DNA of 63,889 nucleotides, filler included, from Circinaria calcarea (Eukaryota), in assembly GCA_051942165.1 (NCBI GenBank). It is 10 parts of 10 records of this genome, joined end to end, with 100 filler letters (N's around TTAATTAATTAA, not from the genome) between each part and the next. Parts side by side here need not be neighbours in the genome. Positions count along the whole stretch, not along the records: positions 32,061 to 38,361 come from JAVECS010001615.1; positions 38,462 to 44,749 come from JAVECS010001616.1; positions 44,850 to 51,133 come from JAVECS010001617.1; 7 more parts are not named here. The stretch is one strand, 5' to 3'. This document shows, in pieces, positions 37,196 through 48,494 of this stretch. The position numbers were made by a program, and so were the translations under genes. Position 1 is the first letter of the stretch. The number at the start of each line of letters is the position of its first letter. The notes under the pieces are model-generated. The model was given only the letters and a program-made list of their open reading frames with translations. It was not told where the DNA came from and did not search any database.

Positions 37196-37549
37196 TGGTA
37201 GTGCGTGTAGGTGTACGTATCAAAGTTTACGGGGACCGCCAACCGTATGATAGTACGCTCTCAAGCTAGAATAATGTAGTAAATCAACCAAAATCAAATC
37301 AATCATGCAAACCATAAAACCGACCATACGAAACTCTTCCAGAATTCTCACCGTTGAAATTTCCCTAATTTAGAGGCTGTGTGTGGCACCCGGCAAGCAC
37401 CACCCCAAGCACCACCCCCAAAAAAAACCACCCCCTCAACCGTATTGAAAACCTCCGTCTCTACACATCAGCAGCGCTGACTTATCCTCCAAGAATCCCC
37501 AATTATCCCAAATTATCCCAAAAAGGAGGAAAAGAAAAGACCAAAAATT

Positions 37550-37646
37550 TGCTTCCAGACGGAGTCGAACCGGCGACCTCGTCATTACCCCCGATTCCAA
37601 ATCATGTGGTACTAGTGACGCGCTCTACCAACTGAGCTATAGAAGC
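37550..37646 (-). tRNA. tRNA-Thr(AGU) with 24-nt intron
   Basis: Acceptor GCTTCTA/TGGAAGC-A. D arm GCTC-AGTTGGTA-GAGC. Anticodon stem CGTCA/TGACG with CT-AGT-A. Intron 37586-37609 at the canonical 37/38 position. T loop TTCGACT, with one C.U mismatch in the T stem. TTTTT Pol III terminator downstream. Confidence 0.93.
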
Positions 37647-38491
37647 TTTGATTTTCATGGCATGAAGGGTTTAATAACAAGTTTTATTTCATTTTGCAAA
37701 ACAAAAAGACACTTGGGCGATTGATTGGTAAAGATTCTTCCACGCAAGGTATTTTCACACATAGATAGATATGGTAGATATACACATTCCTACGTGCAGA
37801 AACAATAAAAAAAAGTGGTAAATGTCATGCTTTCTACGGAAGAGTACCGCCTGTACCATACCATACCGGGTATACAAAGAGCCATGTAGTGTAAATGCTT
37901 TTATACCCGAAGCTAGATACCCCGACCTCGAGCAACGGTACGAGCTTTTTTACCAAGATTATTATAGGGAATCGAAATGACATCGTCCACAAGGGACATG
38001 GAAACGTGAATTGTCCTTTTCGGTAATCAGAAGGGGGCGAGTAAGCTACCAGCAATCTGGTTCTATGGAGAGGGAAAAGCAATAGTGGAAGGAAGAGGCG
38101 AGAAGGCTTGGTGCAAGATTCCGTGGACGGAGTGGGTTTTCTATTATCTTGGCTGCCTACTGTAAATGGATCCGTGTGTAGGAAGATCATTTCGAAGCCT
38201 CCATGTTCCGGGCATTATGCAATCGACTCTACTGTAAGCAAAAGCACATTGATGCAGACGCAATCAGAACCGAGGATCTGGCATTTCATTCCCTATCTGA
38301 ACCGTCTTTTGCAAAAAACACAAAAACACCCGATCGTACCACATTGAACACAGTCCGCCAANNNNNNNNNNNNNNNNNNNNNNNNNNNNNNNNNNNNNNN
38401 NNNNNTTAATTAATTAANNNNNNNNNNNNNNNNNNNNNNNNNNNNNNNNNNNNNNNNNNNNTTTTCCCATTTGAAAAACAAAACAAAAGTC

Positions 38492-40311
38492 CTATAGCTT
38501 CGCCCTCACCCCCTTCTTCGCCTCCTCCTGCGCCTGCAGCTTCAGCACCCTCCTCAGAATCTTCCCGCTCACGCTCTTCGGAATCTCATCCACAAACCTG
38601 ACGCCTCCCCGTAACCGTTTATGATTCGCCACCTTGGCCGCCAACCATTGCACAATCTCGTCTTCGGTCTCCTTGCTCGCCCCAACGCCCTTTTCCGGTA
38701 CGACATAAGCCCGCGGCACTTCTGTGGCCTGCTCCTCGTCGGGCACACCGATGACCGCGACATCGTTGATCAGGGGATGGCTGACCAAAAGTCCTTCTAG
38801 TTCCGCCGGAGGGACTTGGAAGCCTTTGTACTTGATTAATTCCTTGATGCGGTCTGTGATGTAGAAGTTGCCATCTTTGTCTTGGTAGCCGACGTCGCCG
38901 GTTTTGAAGTATCCGTCTTCCATTAAAGCGTTCTTGGTGCCTTCTGGGTTGTTTAGGTAGCCTTTGAAGACGTTTGGGCCTTTGATCCACAGTTCGCCGG
39001 GCTCTCCAATAGGGACTTCGGTTCCCTCAGGTGACATGTATTTGGCGGTTTGATTGGGTAGCATACGACCGACGGCGCCGATTGTAGAATACCATAATTC
39101 CCATGGCTATTTGAGATTTAATACATGATTAAAACTAATTTAGAGGATAGAGACGACCAACTTGTGTATGAGTAGTAGGGCTAGTTTCGCTTAAGCCATA
39201 ACCCTGTTTGACTGGCACCTTTAACCGTTTATATACAGCGTCCACCAATTCTCGTGTCAGAGGAGCAGCTCCGGAATTGAGCATTTTGAGAGTGCTGAGA
39301 TCATACTTATCGACAACGGGATGCTTTGAGAGTAATAAAACCGTAGGAGGAACGACGTATGCATAAGTGATCTTGTGCTTCTGAATGATGGCGCAGAACT
39401 TTTCAATCTCGAATTTGGGCATTATTACTAAGGTCAAACCGCTATAAAGAGATTGATGAACCAAGCAGTTGAGACCTGCTTTAGATCAGCTATAGGTGCG
39501 AGAACAAGTCAATCAGTAAAACTACCGTATATATGGAAAAAGGGTAGATACGCGAGAATATTATCCCCTTTACCATCTGGGCCGCCATTCCAGCTGACAT
39601 TGTCCGATTCTCCCACCTTGAGCATTAAGATGTTGGATGTTATGTTTTCATGGCTGAGCATGACCCCTTTCGGATAGCCTGTTGTTCCAGAGGAGTAGAC
39701 TAGAAAGGCCAGATCCTCCTTTGGGTTCATTCTGGTCCGGCGATATCTCGATGTTCCTGCTACATTTCTTATCGACGTAAAGTGCTTGAATCTGACCGTC
39801 TCGTCTCGCTCATCCCCCATCAAGATGATTCGATCCTCGGGTATACCGATTTGTTTCGCAGCCTCCCGGGCAACCGGAAGAAAGGGCTTTTGCGTCACTA
39901 GAGCCTTTGCCCCCGAGTCTCTCAGCTGGAATGCGAGCTCGTTGGCGGAATAACTCGGGTTTGCGGGAGACACAATGCCTCCTGCCCAGTGAGCTCCCCA
40001 TGTCACACTGGGCATATCGACGCAATTGGGCGTAAAGAGGCCCAGCACATCGCCCTTCTGCCACTCCCATACCGACTTAAGCCCTTTGCCAAAGTCAACC
40101 GCTGTCGACTTGACCTCGGCGTACGTATAAGAGCGATTGGTATCAGCATCACGGTAGATGACTGTTCAGGATGCGTGTCAGTTGAGGTCGTTTAATTCTC
40201 CGAGGGCCTACCTTTGTCGTCTGGAAAGTGTTTGTCCTTTCGTTCAAAGAGGAAACCCCACAGATCGGTGGTCGGCACTTGGAAGGGCGGATATGTGGAT
40301 TCTGTAGGCAT
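38492..40311 (-). CDS. 4-coumarate-CoA-ligase-like / phenylacetyl-CoA ligase, peroxisomal
   Basis: YSSGTTGYPKG, LPFFHIYG, QGYGLSETSP, GELWIKGPN, FKTGDVG, DRIKELIKYKG and PKSVSGKILRR. C-terminal PTS1 AKL. ATG 40311. Confidence 0.92.
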
Positions 40312-40599
40312 ATTCTATACAATACAACACTGAGGAGCTTCAAAGGAACTTTCCAATTGCAACTCAGGTCAGCAGAGAGCTTGCTGAAGCATACAATTGA
40401 CTATATCACTCCAGCATGACATAGTGGTAGAAAACATATCAACCCCATCACTATCCAAATTACGTCGTGTGGGGAAATCGCATTGAACTATTTCGAAGAT
40501 GCCGAACGACAAGGCAGGGGTCGGGATATGATAGAATAATTCCATGTCTTGAGACTCGTCTTTACAAAGGTACGGCGAATTGCAATCTTCCTAATACCC

Positions 40600-41620
40600 A
40601 TGGCGACATTACGGTCCCCTACCCTCCGTTACCTATTCGGAGGCCGCTCTCAATGTCAGCGAGGTGTTCAGCGTAGGTGGGCCCAAGTTCACGATGTGCG
40701 CTTTCTTGCCACTCATCGACAGCCCGACCGGGTCATTGAGAAGTACAAGGAGAAGCTAGATAGAAAGGCCAGAGAGTACGCCGGTTTGGTGACCGCCCGC
40801 AATCATTGCTTCTCTGACCAAAGGCTAATTACGACACAGAAAAGGACTGAAAAGCGTGGACGAACTAAAGGAAGTCTACAAGGACAAAATCCAGAGTCTC
40901 AAGAAGAAAGCCACCATCGTTACCACCCCTTCCCCTTCCATCCCATCAACATCACCCTTCCCCCGGCCTCCCCCAGCACCTCGGATACCTCTCAACCCTC
41001 CTTCGGACCCTCTATCACAACCTACCAACCAGCCTGCTCCCCCAAAGGTCTCAAACTCTCCCGGCGTAAAGACCCTTTCCTCTTTCATCGACATCCCCAA
41101 AACCCTCGAACTCCCCCAGAAAGAGATAGAGTACATCTGGCGGCTGCGACATGTCTCCGCCCCGCAATCGCTCTGCGCGACCATCCCTTACTCCACCTAT
41201 AAACGCATCGAATCCACCGCTCGGCGGCATCCGCAATTCATCCTTCCGCTGCTTCGTGAAGGCCAAGGCGCCGAGATCCATTTTCTACAGTGGACCTTTC
41301 CATCACCGACAACTACAACCGTTCTGTTCACGCACCTTGCAGAATTCAAGCTGAGAGGGGAATACAGTCAACCGCATACCACCGTGACACATCACCTGGA
41401 TCTTGCCGGACCCAAGGACCTGGTACTCCTACAAGGCACCGTGGTTGAGGGCAGAGGGGTAACCGTAGATGAAGGAAAATGGTTATTGATGTGTTTGCAA
41501 AAATTCTATGGCGGTGGGGAGGATAGAGGGGAGAGGAAGAAGCTCCTGGCACAATTCAGTCGGGGAGACGGAGGGTTCAAGGTAGAAGAATTATTGGAGG
41601 AGGCGGAGAAGATTGTATGA
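40600..41620 (+). CDS. ATP11: Mitochondrial F1-ATPase assembly factor
   Basis: QRRWAQVHDVRFLATH..KYKEKLDRKA, intron about 40776-40840, then VKTLSSFID, IWRLRH, PQFILPL, EIHFLQW and LLMCLQKFY. Confidence 0.92.
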
Positions 41621-42546
41621 GTAAATATATTAAGGTTAGGTTCACGATGGATAAAACACTGTGTTTGATCTATCTGACTGAATTCCAGTTGGACGGCGCA
41701 ATGAAGAAGGCAGGTTTTATCTCCCCTAAAAAATGGTCTATGGAAATGGACTTCATATCTTAAAATAGAAAGTATTTTCTATCGGCAAAAGAATCAGCGT
41801 TGCAACTAGATAGAAACTACCTTTTCAAGTATGCCTACATACTCTGTTTCCATACACGCATATTTGTCTCCTATGGCGGATGGATAAGACTGTCAATTCT
41901 CGTCTGATCTTGTGCCATGTTTACCCCGTCCAGCACATACCCCTGGTCTAATCTTGTCCTAGGTCACTTCTGCATACAGTTTAAATGCTCCCATGGGCCT
42001 CCATTTCCGCGGCGTAAATGCGGCAGCTGATATGCAGTCGAATGGTGGATTGCACTAGAACTCGGCCACATTCCTGCGTGGGTCAGGTATCACCGCACAT
42101 GGCTGCATGCTTACCCTACAGCTTCGGGACGCATACCCCTCGTTGAACACGTATACACACACACACACGCCTCATACGGTAGATTTGGGGTGGGACGGAC
42201 GAATGCCTTCCCGCTTCTATGACCGTTGCTGAGATTCAAAACCAATTTGTGCCGCAAAGCTGCCAGCAGTGGATTCAGTGCAGTGGATAATGGCAGTTTA
42301 CTGCGAAGACCAGTTCACGGTGCATTTTGGAGTGACTGCACTGTACTACACCGGCTGCACCGTTGGCAGCCTTGTTTACCCGTTAAAGGCACAGCAGTTG
42401 TGGAGGCCTTTGTGCAACGATGCTGGAGATTAATAAATACAGAAGCAATGATCCGCGGGAAGATGGCTTTAATAACGCACCGCTATTTCTAGTCCAGCAA
42501 GCTTTTGTCCCTTAATCCCGTCCTTCGTTCTCGGGAGTGATAAAAG

Positions 42547-43589
42547 ATGGGATCCTTCAAGTTCTCCCAACATGAAGTTCGAACAGAGCTGAATAAGGTA
42601 TGGGATGAATCGAGACTTCACAGGCCCCCACAGATCGCGAGTCTGTCCGACGCAGCAGGCTGATATCGTTCCAGCAATGGATCAGGCCAGACTGTTCCCG
42701 ATCGTTGTCATATCATCTGTATACACTCTACCTCTTTACTTGCAACAATCTGAAAGATATTGTTATCGTGGGCTTTTCGTTCGGAGTTCTCTGCACTTTG
42801 GCCAATCCGGTCATCGGCTTCAATGAGAATATAAGTCTGGTGGAGACCCTATACAAGGCGCCAGCGATGCTGTTCTGGTCTTGGATCAACCTCCTCCTAT
42901 TCAACCTTCACAACCAACGCCATGACGACGCAATCCGCGAAGATAGCATCAACAAGCCGTGGCGGCCCCTCCCAGCAAAAAGGTTGACCGCTGGAGAAGC
43001 AACTAACTTGTTATACGCCACATATCCGGTGGCATTACTCTCGAGCGTTTATTTCGGGGGTTTTGGGCCATGCTTGGCGGAAGCTTTCTGTTGCCTCTGG
43101 TATAACGAGTGGGGAGGCGCCGAGAACCCAGTTCTCAAGAATTTTTTGAACGCAGCAGGATTTACGTGCTTTCTAGCGGGACCGTTAGAGATCGCTATCG
43201 GTAGCACAAGCCTTATCCACTTCAACAAGGCGATGCAATGGTTGGCGGTGATTGGATCGGCTATCTTCGCGACGGTTCATACGCAGGACTTTCGGGATCA
43301 AGCCGGGGATAGAGCACGGGGACGGCGTACCATACCACTTGTCATCGGCGACGATCCTGCCAGATGGAGCGTCGTAGTCGCTGTGGTTCTATGTTCCTAC
43401 GCAGGGGGCGCATTCTGGCGGCTGGGGATCATCGGCTTTGTATGGTCAGCGGTTCCAGGATGCATGATGAGTTACAATCTCCTGCATCGAAAAACAGTAC
43501 AAGGGGACATTCTGACCTGGAAGATTTGGCCGATTTGGATAGCGTCTTTCTTTTTCCTCCCCCTGATTAAGATGTACTCGAGCATCTGA
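42547..43589 (+). CDS. UbiA-family prenyltransferase / membrane terpene cyclase-like protein
   Basis: NQ....IREDSINKPWRPLP and QDFRDQAGDRARGRRTIP motifs with multiple TM segments. Inferred first exon 42547-42597 and intron 42598-42674 supply an in-frame ATG. Confidence 0.82.
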
Positions 43590-44038
43590 TTGAGTATGAC
43601 TGCATCTAAGGGAAATATGGACGAAGGGAAAGGAGTAGATCTAAACAGTAGAGGGTGAAAAGACGTTGTCTGCTGGTAAAGGAGAGGCATTTACTCGATG
43701 ATCAGATTGCTGGAAGTCGCCTTGTAGACTTATTAGGTTTAGCGTTGGTGTCATTCATGTATCAGTAGCGAGTTTCCCACATAGCAAACCCACAGCCGTT
43801 TCACACATATTCAACACAGATGTATCTACCTTCTGTTGTGAAGCAATAAGAGAGCCGAAGCCCAAAACCAACCCTTGATAACAGGGAAACCACATTAAGG
43901 TCAAACCATGGCGGCTTATGCCTTACACCAGAGCAAACATAAATAGATTGCGGGCCCAGTTGAAATTTAGGTGGAATAAGATACGAAAGAAATCTTACTG
44001 AATCACAGCTTAATTGTATGTTTTTTTATACCGGTGCT

Positions 44039-44749
44039 TCAACAATTTTCAACATCCCATTTACTAGTTACCCGGATAGTATTGTCAGGCAATTCTCTAT
44101 CTGGAGGAACAATGCCCGAAACCCTACTTCCTGGCTTTGTGCTCCCGATAACCCCTACCGAGTGGTCTTGGCTGGCTTCCAGATCCGCGAGCGGGTACTG
44201 AAGATCGTTGAGTTGCTGGAAGTTTCTTGTTTCGGGACTGTTGACGTGATCATAAGGCCGTGGATGATAAGTATACCATCTGCGCTTTCCGTGGGAACGC
44301 TTGCTGGAGGCTTTGGACCATGCTAGTCTTTCTGTTCGAAATAACTTCTGCAGGACTGGTCGCAAGGTTGGGAGACACGCGTTAACGACCCCCAAGGTTG
44401 GCTCAAGTACGCTCCAGCAGGCTCCGGGTGTCACGGTGTATGTAAGGTTAGATAGATCCCAGCGTTTAAGCCAAATAATTCGCTGAAGAGAGATTACACA
44501 AATACTGCAGTGGACTTAAGTGTCAGCGATTCTGTCGAGTTTTGACAAAAGGGTAGATTGCATACACCACGCCTAGGCTGAACATTCCAGTAATCCCAAT
44601 TTTCTTAGACATAGGCATTTTCAGCTGCCACAGCATTGGCATTGGAAGGGCCACCACAAGAGCGTCGATAAGCAAGTTTGTGATACCTGCAACCAAGTAT
44701 GCTAGATTCGCGTTTGCACACTCTCCTGGAATAGTTTTGTTCCAGTTAT
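44039..44749 (-). CDS. PTH11-like (fungal rhodopsin domain) integral membrane protein, 3' part
   Basis: WNKTIPGEC, NLLIDALVVALPMPMLWQLKM...KKIG...FSLG and WSVLEPTLGVVNACLPTLRP. Confidence 0.88.
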
Positions 44750-44849
44750 NNNNNNNNNNNNNNNNNNNNNNNNNNNNNNNNNNNNNNNNNNNNTTAATTA
44801 ATTAANNNNNNNNNNNNNNNNNNNNNNNNNNNNNNNNNNNNNNNNNNNN

Positions 44850-45692
44850 AAGCTGAAAGGGCTCTTCATCTGAGGCCGTAGTTACGACTATGTTGAATTC
44901 GAGTTCGCTATCAGGAGTCAACTGACTTCCAGGATCGCCAAGATCCAGACGTATACTGGTAGAGTGTGTAGAGTGATTATGACACGACCATGCACTCGAT
45001 AACGTATCATAGAGGTCCTGCAGGGTACTTTGCACAGCGCAAACATGACGGCTTAAGTTTTGCGTAGTTCGCCTAGAGTAGTTGCAGCTTAAGTCCTCTG
45101 CTGCAAAAAGCAGTGCTGATCCACAGATATATATATCAGTTTTCGAGGCGGCTTTACTTTGAATGCGTAAAGCGCAGAACAAATCAACATAGCTTTTCAA
45201 GTCTACTAGCAACGTTGGCGTGCGGTTTTGAGCGCGGTCTGACAGCGATATTGAGCAATACAATTTTCGGAGCACAACTTTGGCCGTTGTATCTGATCCC
45301 TCCAGCTGTTTTAATCCATAATACAGCTCCCTCTGGGTTGTCTCCATACACTGCAATGTTTTCATACATAATATATGACAGCGTCCCATACTGTTTGCAA
45401 GCTCTTCCTCAACAATGTTGTCTGTCCATACTGCGTGATTCTCGTTTCCCAACAAATTGTCGACTTGCCGAATGTTTCCTACGACTGTATATAGGAGAGA
45501 ACGGCATTCGTTTGCGAAGATAGCCCCTTGAATATTTATCTTGGAAGAAAAGTCTTCAAGTTTAAGCTGGAGGTTGGAGAGCGCTCTGCAGAGATGCGAG
45601 ATCTTCCCAAACATCTGATGAACCTGGAGAATATGGGTCACAAGTCCACCTTTGATACCCGTTCGATTTCCTGTCCGATCCAATGTGGTCAT
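44850..45692 (-). CDS. Hypothetical protein with helical N-terminal domain, 5' part
   Basis: 280-codon open frame to the contig edge containing QGAIFANECRSLL..H.VW.D..EEEL and LYDTL..WSCHNHSTH..IRL. Function and start are uncertain. Confidence 0.55.
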
Positions 45693-46173
45693 GATTGCAG
45701 CCCATCCCTAATCCTTCCATATTAGACATGAAGAGCCCAGGTGGTTTTTTTTTTAGCTTACCCGAACGTGTAGGCAAGCGGTAAAGTGCTTGCTGTATCC
45801 AAAAGGCTGCGCAAATCGCGAGGTGAATAGTCTAAATACGATGGTGAAAACAATGAAGAGGCAATTGATGAATGAAGTTGAAAATAGTTATTAGTGCGCC
45901 CCCCACCTGAGGCATCCTTTAAGAGGGTAATTGAAAAGCTGGTGTGACTGTAGCCTTGACTAGCCAATAAGCAGTTAAGGCTTGTGACCGGAATGCTGCG
46001 CCTCCAAATTGCTAGGATAGACAGTACTAGCACTGAATGCAAGGCTATGTCGCTAACTGCATTAGCCCGAACACTAACATCAACTAGCTGGTTTAATTGG
46101 CTGGTTTCATTGTCCTTACCAGTTATGGGAAGATGTTAGGTAGGGAAGCATACTGGGACTCAGCCAATCCATA

Positions 46174-46400
46174 TTGTGGTCGGAAGGGAAACAAACCATA
46201 GCTCGGCGCTAGTAGATCAAGGCCTAGTTCAGTTAAGCTCCGGAAAAGCTTTATTATTTACTTCTAGTATCTCGTATGCATACCATTAGAACCAATCAGA
46301 ATAGAAAATGGAATTAAAATACCTGAAAATTTTAATAGTCTGAGTAGGGATTTTAGTGATTTTAGCGCCGAGCTATGGTTTGTTTCCCTTCCGACCACAG
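46174..46400. mobile_element. TA-flanked MITE (227 bp) with about 38-bp TIRs
   Basis: TA|TTGTGGTCGGAAGGGAAACAAACCATAGCTCGGCGCTA ... TAGCGCCGAGCTATGGTTTGTTTCCCTTCCGACCACAG|TA. Confidence 0.85.
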
Positions 46401-46466
46401 TATATTGGTTTCTTAGCCATAAGGGGTCATGGTACCTCCGAGGTTCCGCCGGAATAAATTTGTGTA

Positions 46467-46620
46467 CTATGGTCGGAAGCGTATTAGTCGTTAGCGCCAT
46501 GCTAAAGCAATTAAATATTATGATTAATTTATTAATTTTTTAGCTAATAATTAAGTTCTAGCTCTATTGGGCAATGATTTATTAGTGCCGCGCTAACGAT
46601 TAATACGCTTCCAACCACAG
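46467..46620. mobile_element. TA-flanked MITE (154 bp) with related termini
   Basis: TA|CTATGGTCGGAAGCGTATTAGTCGTTAGCGC ... GCGCTAACGATTAATACGCTTCCAACCACAG|TA. AT-rich core. Enclosed by a further 26-bp inverted repeat (46426-46451 / 46637-46662). Confidence 0.8.
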
Positions 46621-46714
46621 TAGTAAATAATGTGGTCGGCGGAACCTCGGAGGTGCTATGACTTATGCCGCCCCCTGTGAACGGTTCTGGCAACTTTCAG
46701 CTCGTTTGTTCATA

Positions 46715-46860
46715 CTATGGTCCGAAAGAAGAATAATATTAGCGTGGTATTAATAGATTAATACTTAAAACCTCTATATCTACCAGTAAGATCGGTCAAA
46801 TAACCACAGAATTTAGTTATTTTAGCGCCGAGCTAACGCTATTTTCTCTTCCGACCACTG
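46715..46860. mobile_element. Degenerate TA-flanked MITE (146 bp) with related termini
   Basis: TA|CTATGGTCCGAA..TTAGC ... GCTAACGCTATTTTCTCTTCCGACCACTG|TA. Confidence 0.6.
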
Positions 46861-47213
46861 TATGATCCGGCCGACGGAGGTTAAGATACTATGGTATCGC
46901 TGGTAGCCACGCGGATGACAAAAAAAGTGATTAGTTTTCCATTTTACCTGCCGACCGTGGCTCTCACTAACAACGGGCGTAAAGCCCCCGGAATTCAAGG
47001 CTGACCACTATTTTAGGGGCCTTTCTTAGGCGAGCAATACGGTGGGGAAAATCAGAAATTAAGGATTTTGGATCTCTGCAAGGGGTAGGCGAAGGCGCTA
47101 GCTAGGATAGCCGTACCATAATGTTAGTAAACACTTGTTTTGATTACGCGTATCCCGATTTTCGTCGGGGAATTTCGTCCACCTTTAAGACTTTTTCAAT
47201 CATTACTACCAAT

Positions 47214-47408
47214 ATGGTTGAGGCATTAACTAGCCACCTAAGAAGTAATATACTTTATATGATACGATCCGGAGCATCTGCTAAAGACATATTCATAGCT
47301 AATAAAATCTCTTTACGGCAGGCTCAACGAATGCGATGGAATCTCATGTATTGCAGTGTAACGAAAACTCGTCATCTTGGAGGAGCAAGTTCTGCACTCT
47401 TCAGATAA
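47214..47408 (+). pseudogene. Remnant of a Tc1/mariner-like transposase N-terminal HTH
   Basis: MVEALTSHLRSNILYMIRSGASAKDIFIANKISLRQAQRMRWNL resembles the HTH start of fungal Tc1-like transposases. Lies inside a MITE cluster. No DDE domain follows. Confidence 0.45.
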
Positions 47409-47504
47409 TCCGCTTGCTTGAGATTCCTATTTGGCTCTTGCTCTGGGCAATCTATATGAATTGCTATGTAAAGTGATCAAATTAACTAGGCGCTGAAGTT
47501 ACTA

Positions 47505-47698
47505 CTGTGGTCGGATGGAAATTGTTCATAGCGGCGCTAGAGTCACTAGAATCCTCACTCAGATTATTAAAATTTTCAGATATTTTAACTCCATTTTCTA
47601 TTCTGATTGGTTCAAATGGTATGCATACGAAATACTAGAAGTAAATAATAAAGCTTTTCCGGAGTTTAACTGCGCCCATTGATCTACTAGCGCGGCTC
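47505..47698. mobile_element. Inverted, one-end-truncated copy of the 46174-46400 MITE
   Basis: Starts TA|CTGTGGTCGGA and matches the reverse complement of about 46206-46400 (e.g. CCATTTTCTATTCTGATTGGTTC and TACTAGAAGTAAATAATAAAGCTTTTCCGGAG). Confidence 0.82.
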
Positions 47699-48494
47699 TG
47701 CCACCCCGCCTTGGATCCATATAAATTGAGCGCGACAGTCATTTACTCCCGCTGAGAGTGGCGAATAGCTCCGAACTCCTTTCTCAACGGAGGATTTTCA
47801 GACTTCAAAACGGGTGATCCCTGGCACAACGTGCGCAGTTCTTTCAAGTAAGTTTAATTGCTGTTCAACTGCTTTTAAACGCCACTCGATTTACAGACTG
47901 TCATTCCCACAGTGCTGTTGCTACCCGTGCATGTGGGTACCCAGGGAGCAAGTTCGGTGCATGTATCATTTTCTGACACTACCCAGTACACTATACTTCG
48001 TTACCTCGAATACTTCATACAATACCCTGCCATTTCAAAGCCCTTAAGCGTCTAAAGTTATCGGAGGCCCTTAAAGACATTTAGTTACAACAACGGCCCA
48101 GCACTTGCAGTCATCACATCTCAAAGAATAGGTTTGTGAATACCCTCTATGCGGACACAGCTGGCCATCCACAAAAGGCTAACAGACTTGGAAGATCCCG
48201 GTCCACACCTTACCTAGTATATCCGCTATTTCTCTCAGTTTTCTCTAAGTTACGTTTTTATTCGATCGCCGCAACCTTCCTGCGCCAACGTCGAACGGAT
48301 CAGCCTGCAGGACCATAACCTTCCGGAACCACTGTTCGCACATCGAGATTAGGCAAAAGAAGGGAACACACAACATACGATACAGACAACGTATGTCTAG
48401 TATTGCACTTTAGCATTGGCTAGGAATAGTAAGATAGGTCCTGAATACTTGCGTGGCGGTCGTGCTTCCGGGTTTGCCAGTGTCTTAAGATAGC

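Noticed and set aside
38492..44749. 4CL-like ligase plus UbiA plus PTH11-like gene as a biosynthetic cluster
   Set aside because: The housekeeping gene ATP11 lies between them and no backbone or tailoring genes support a cluster.
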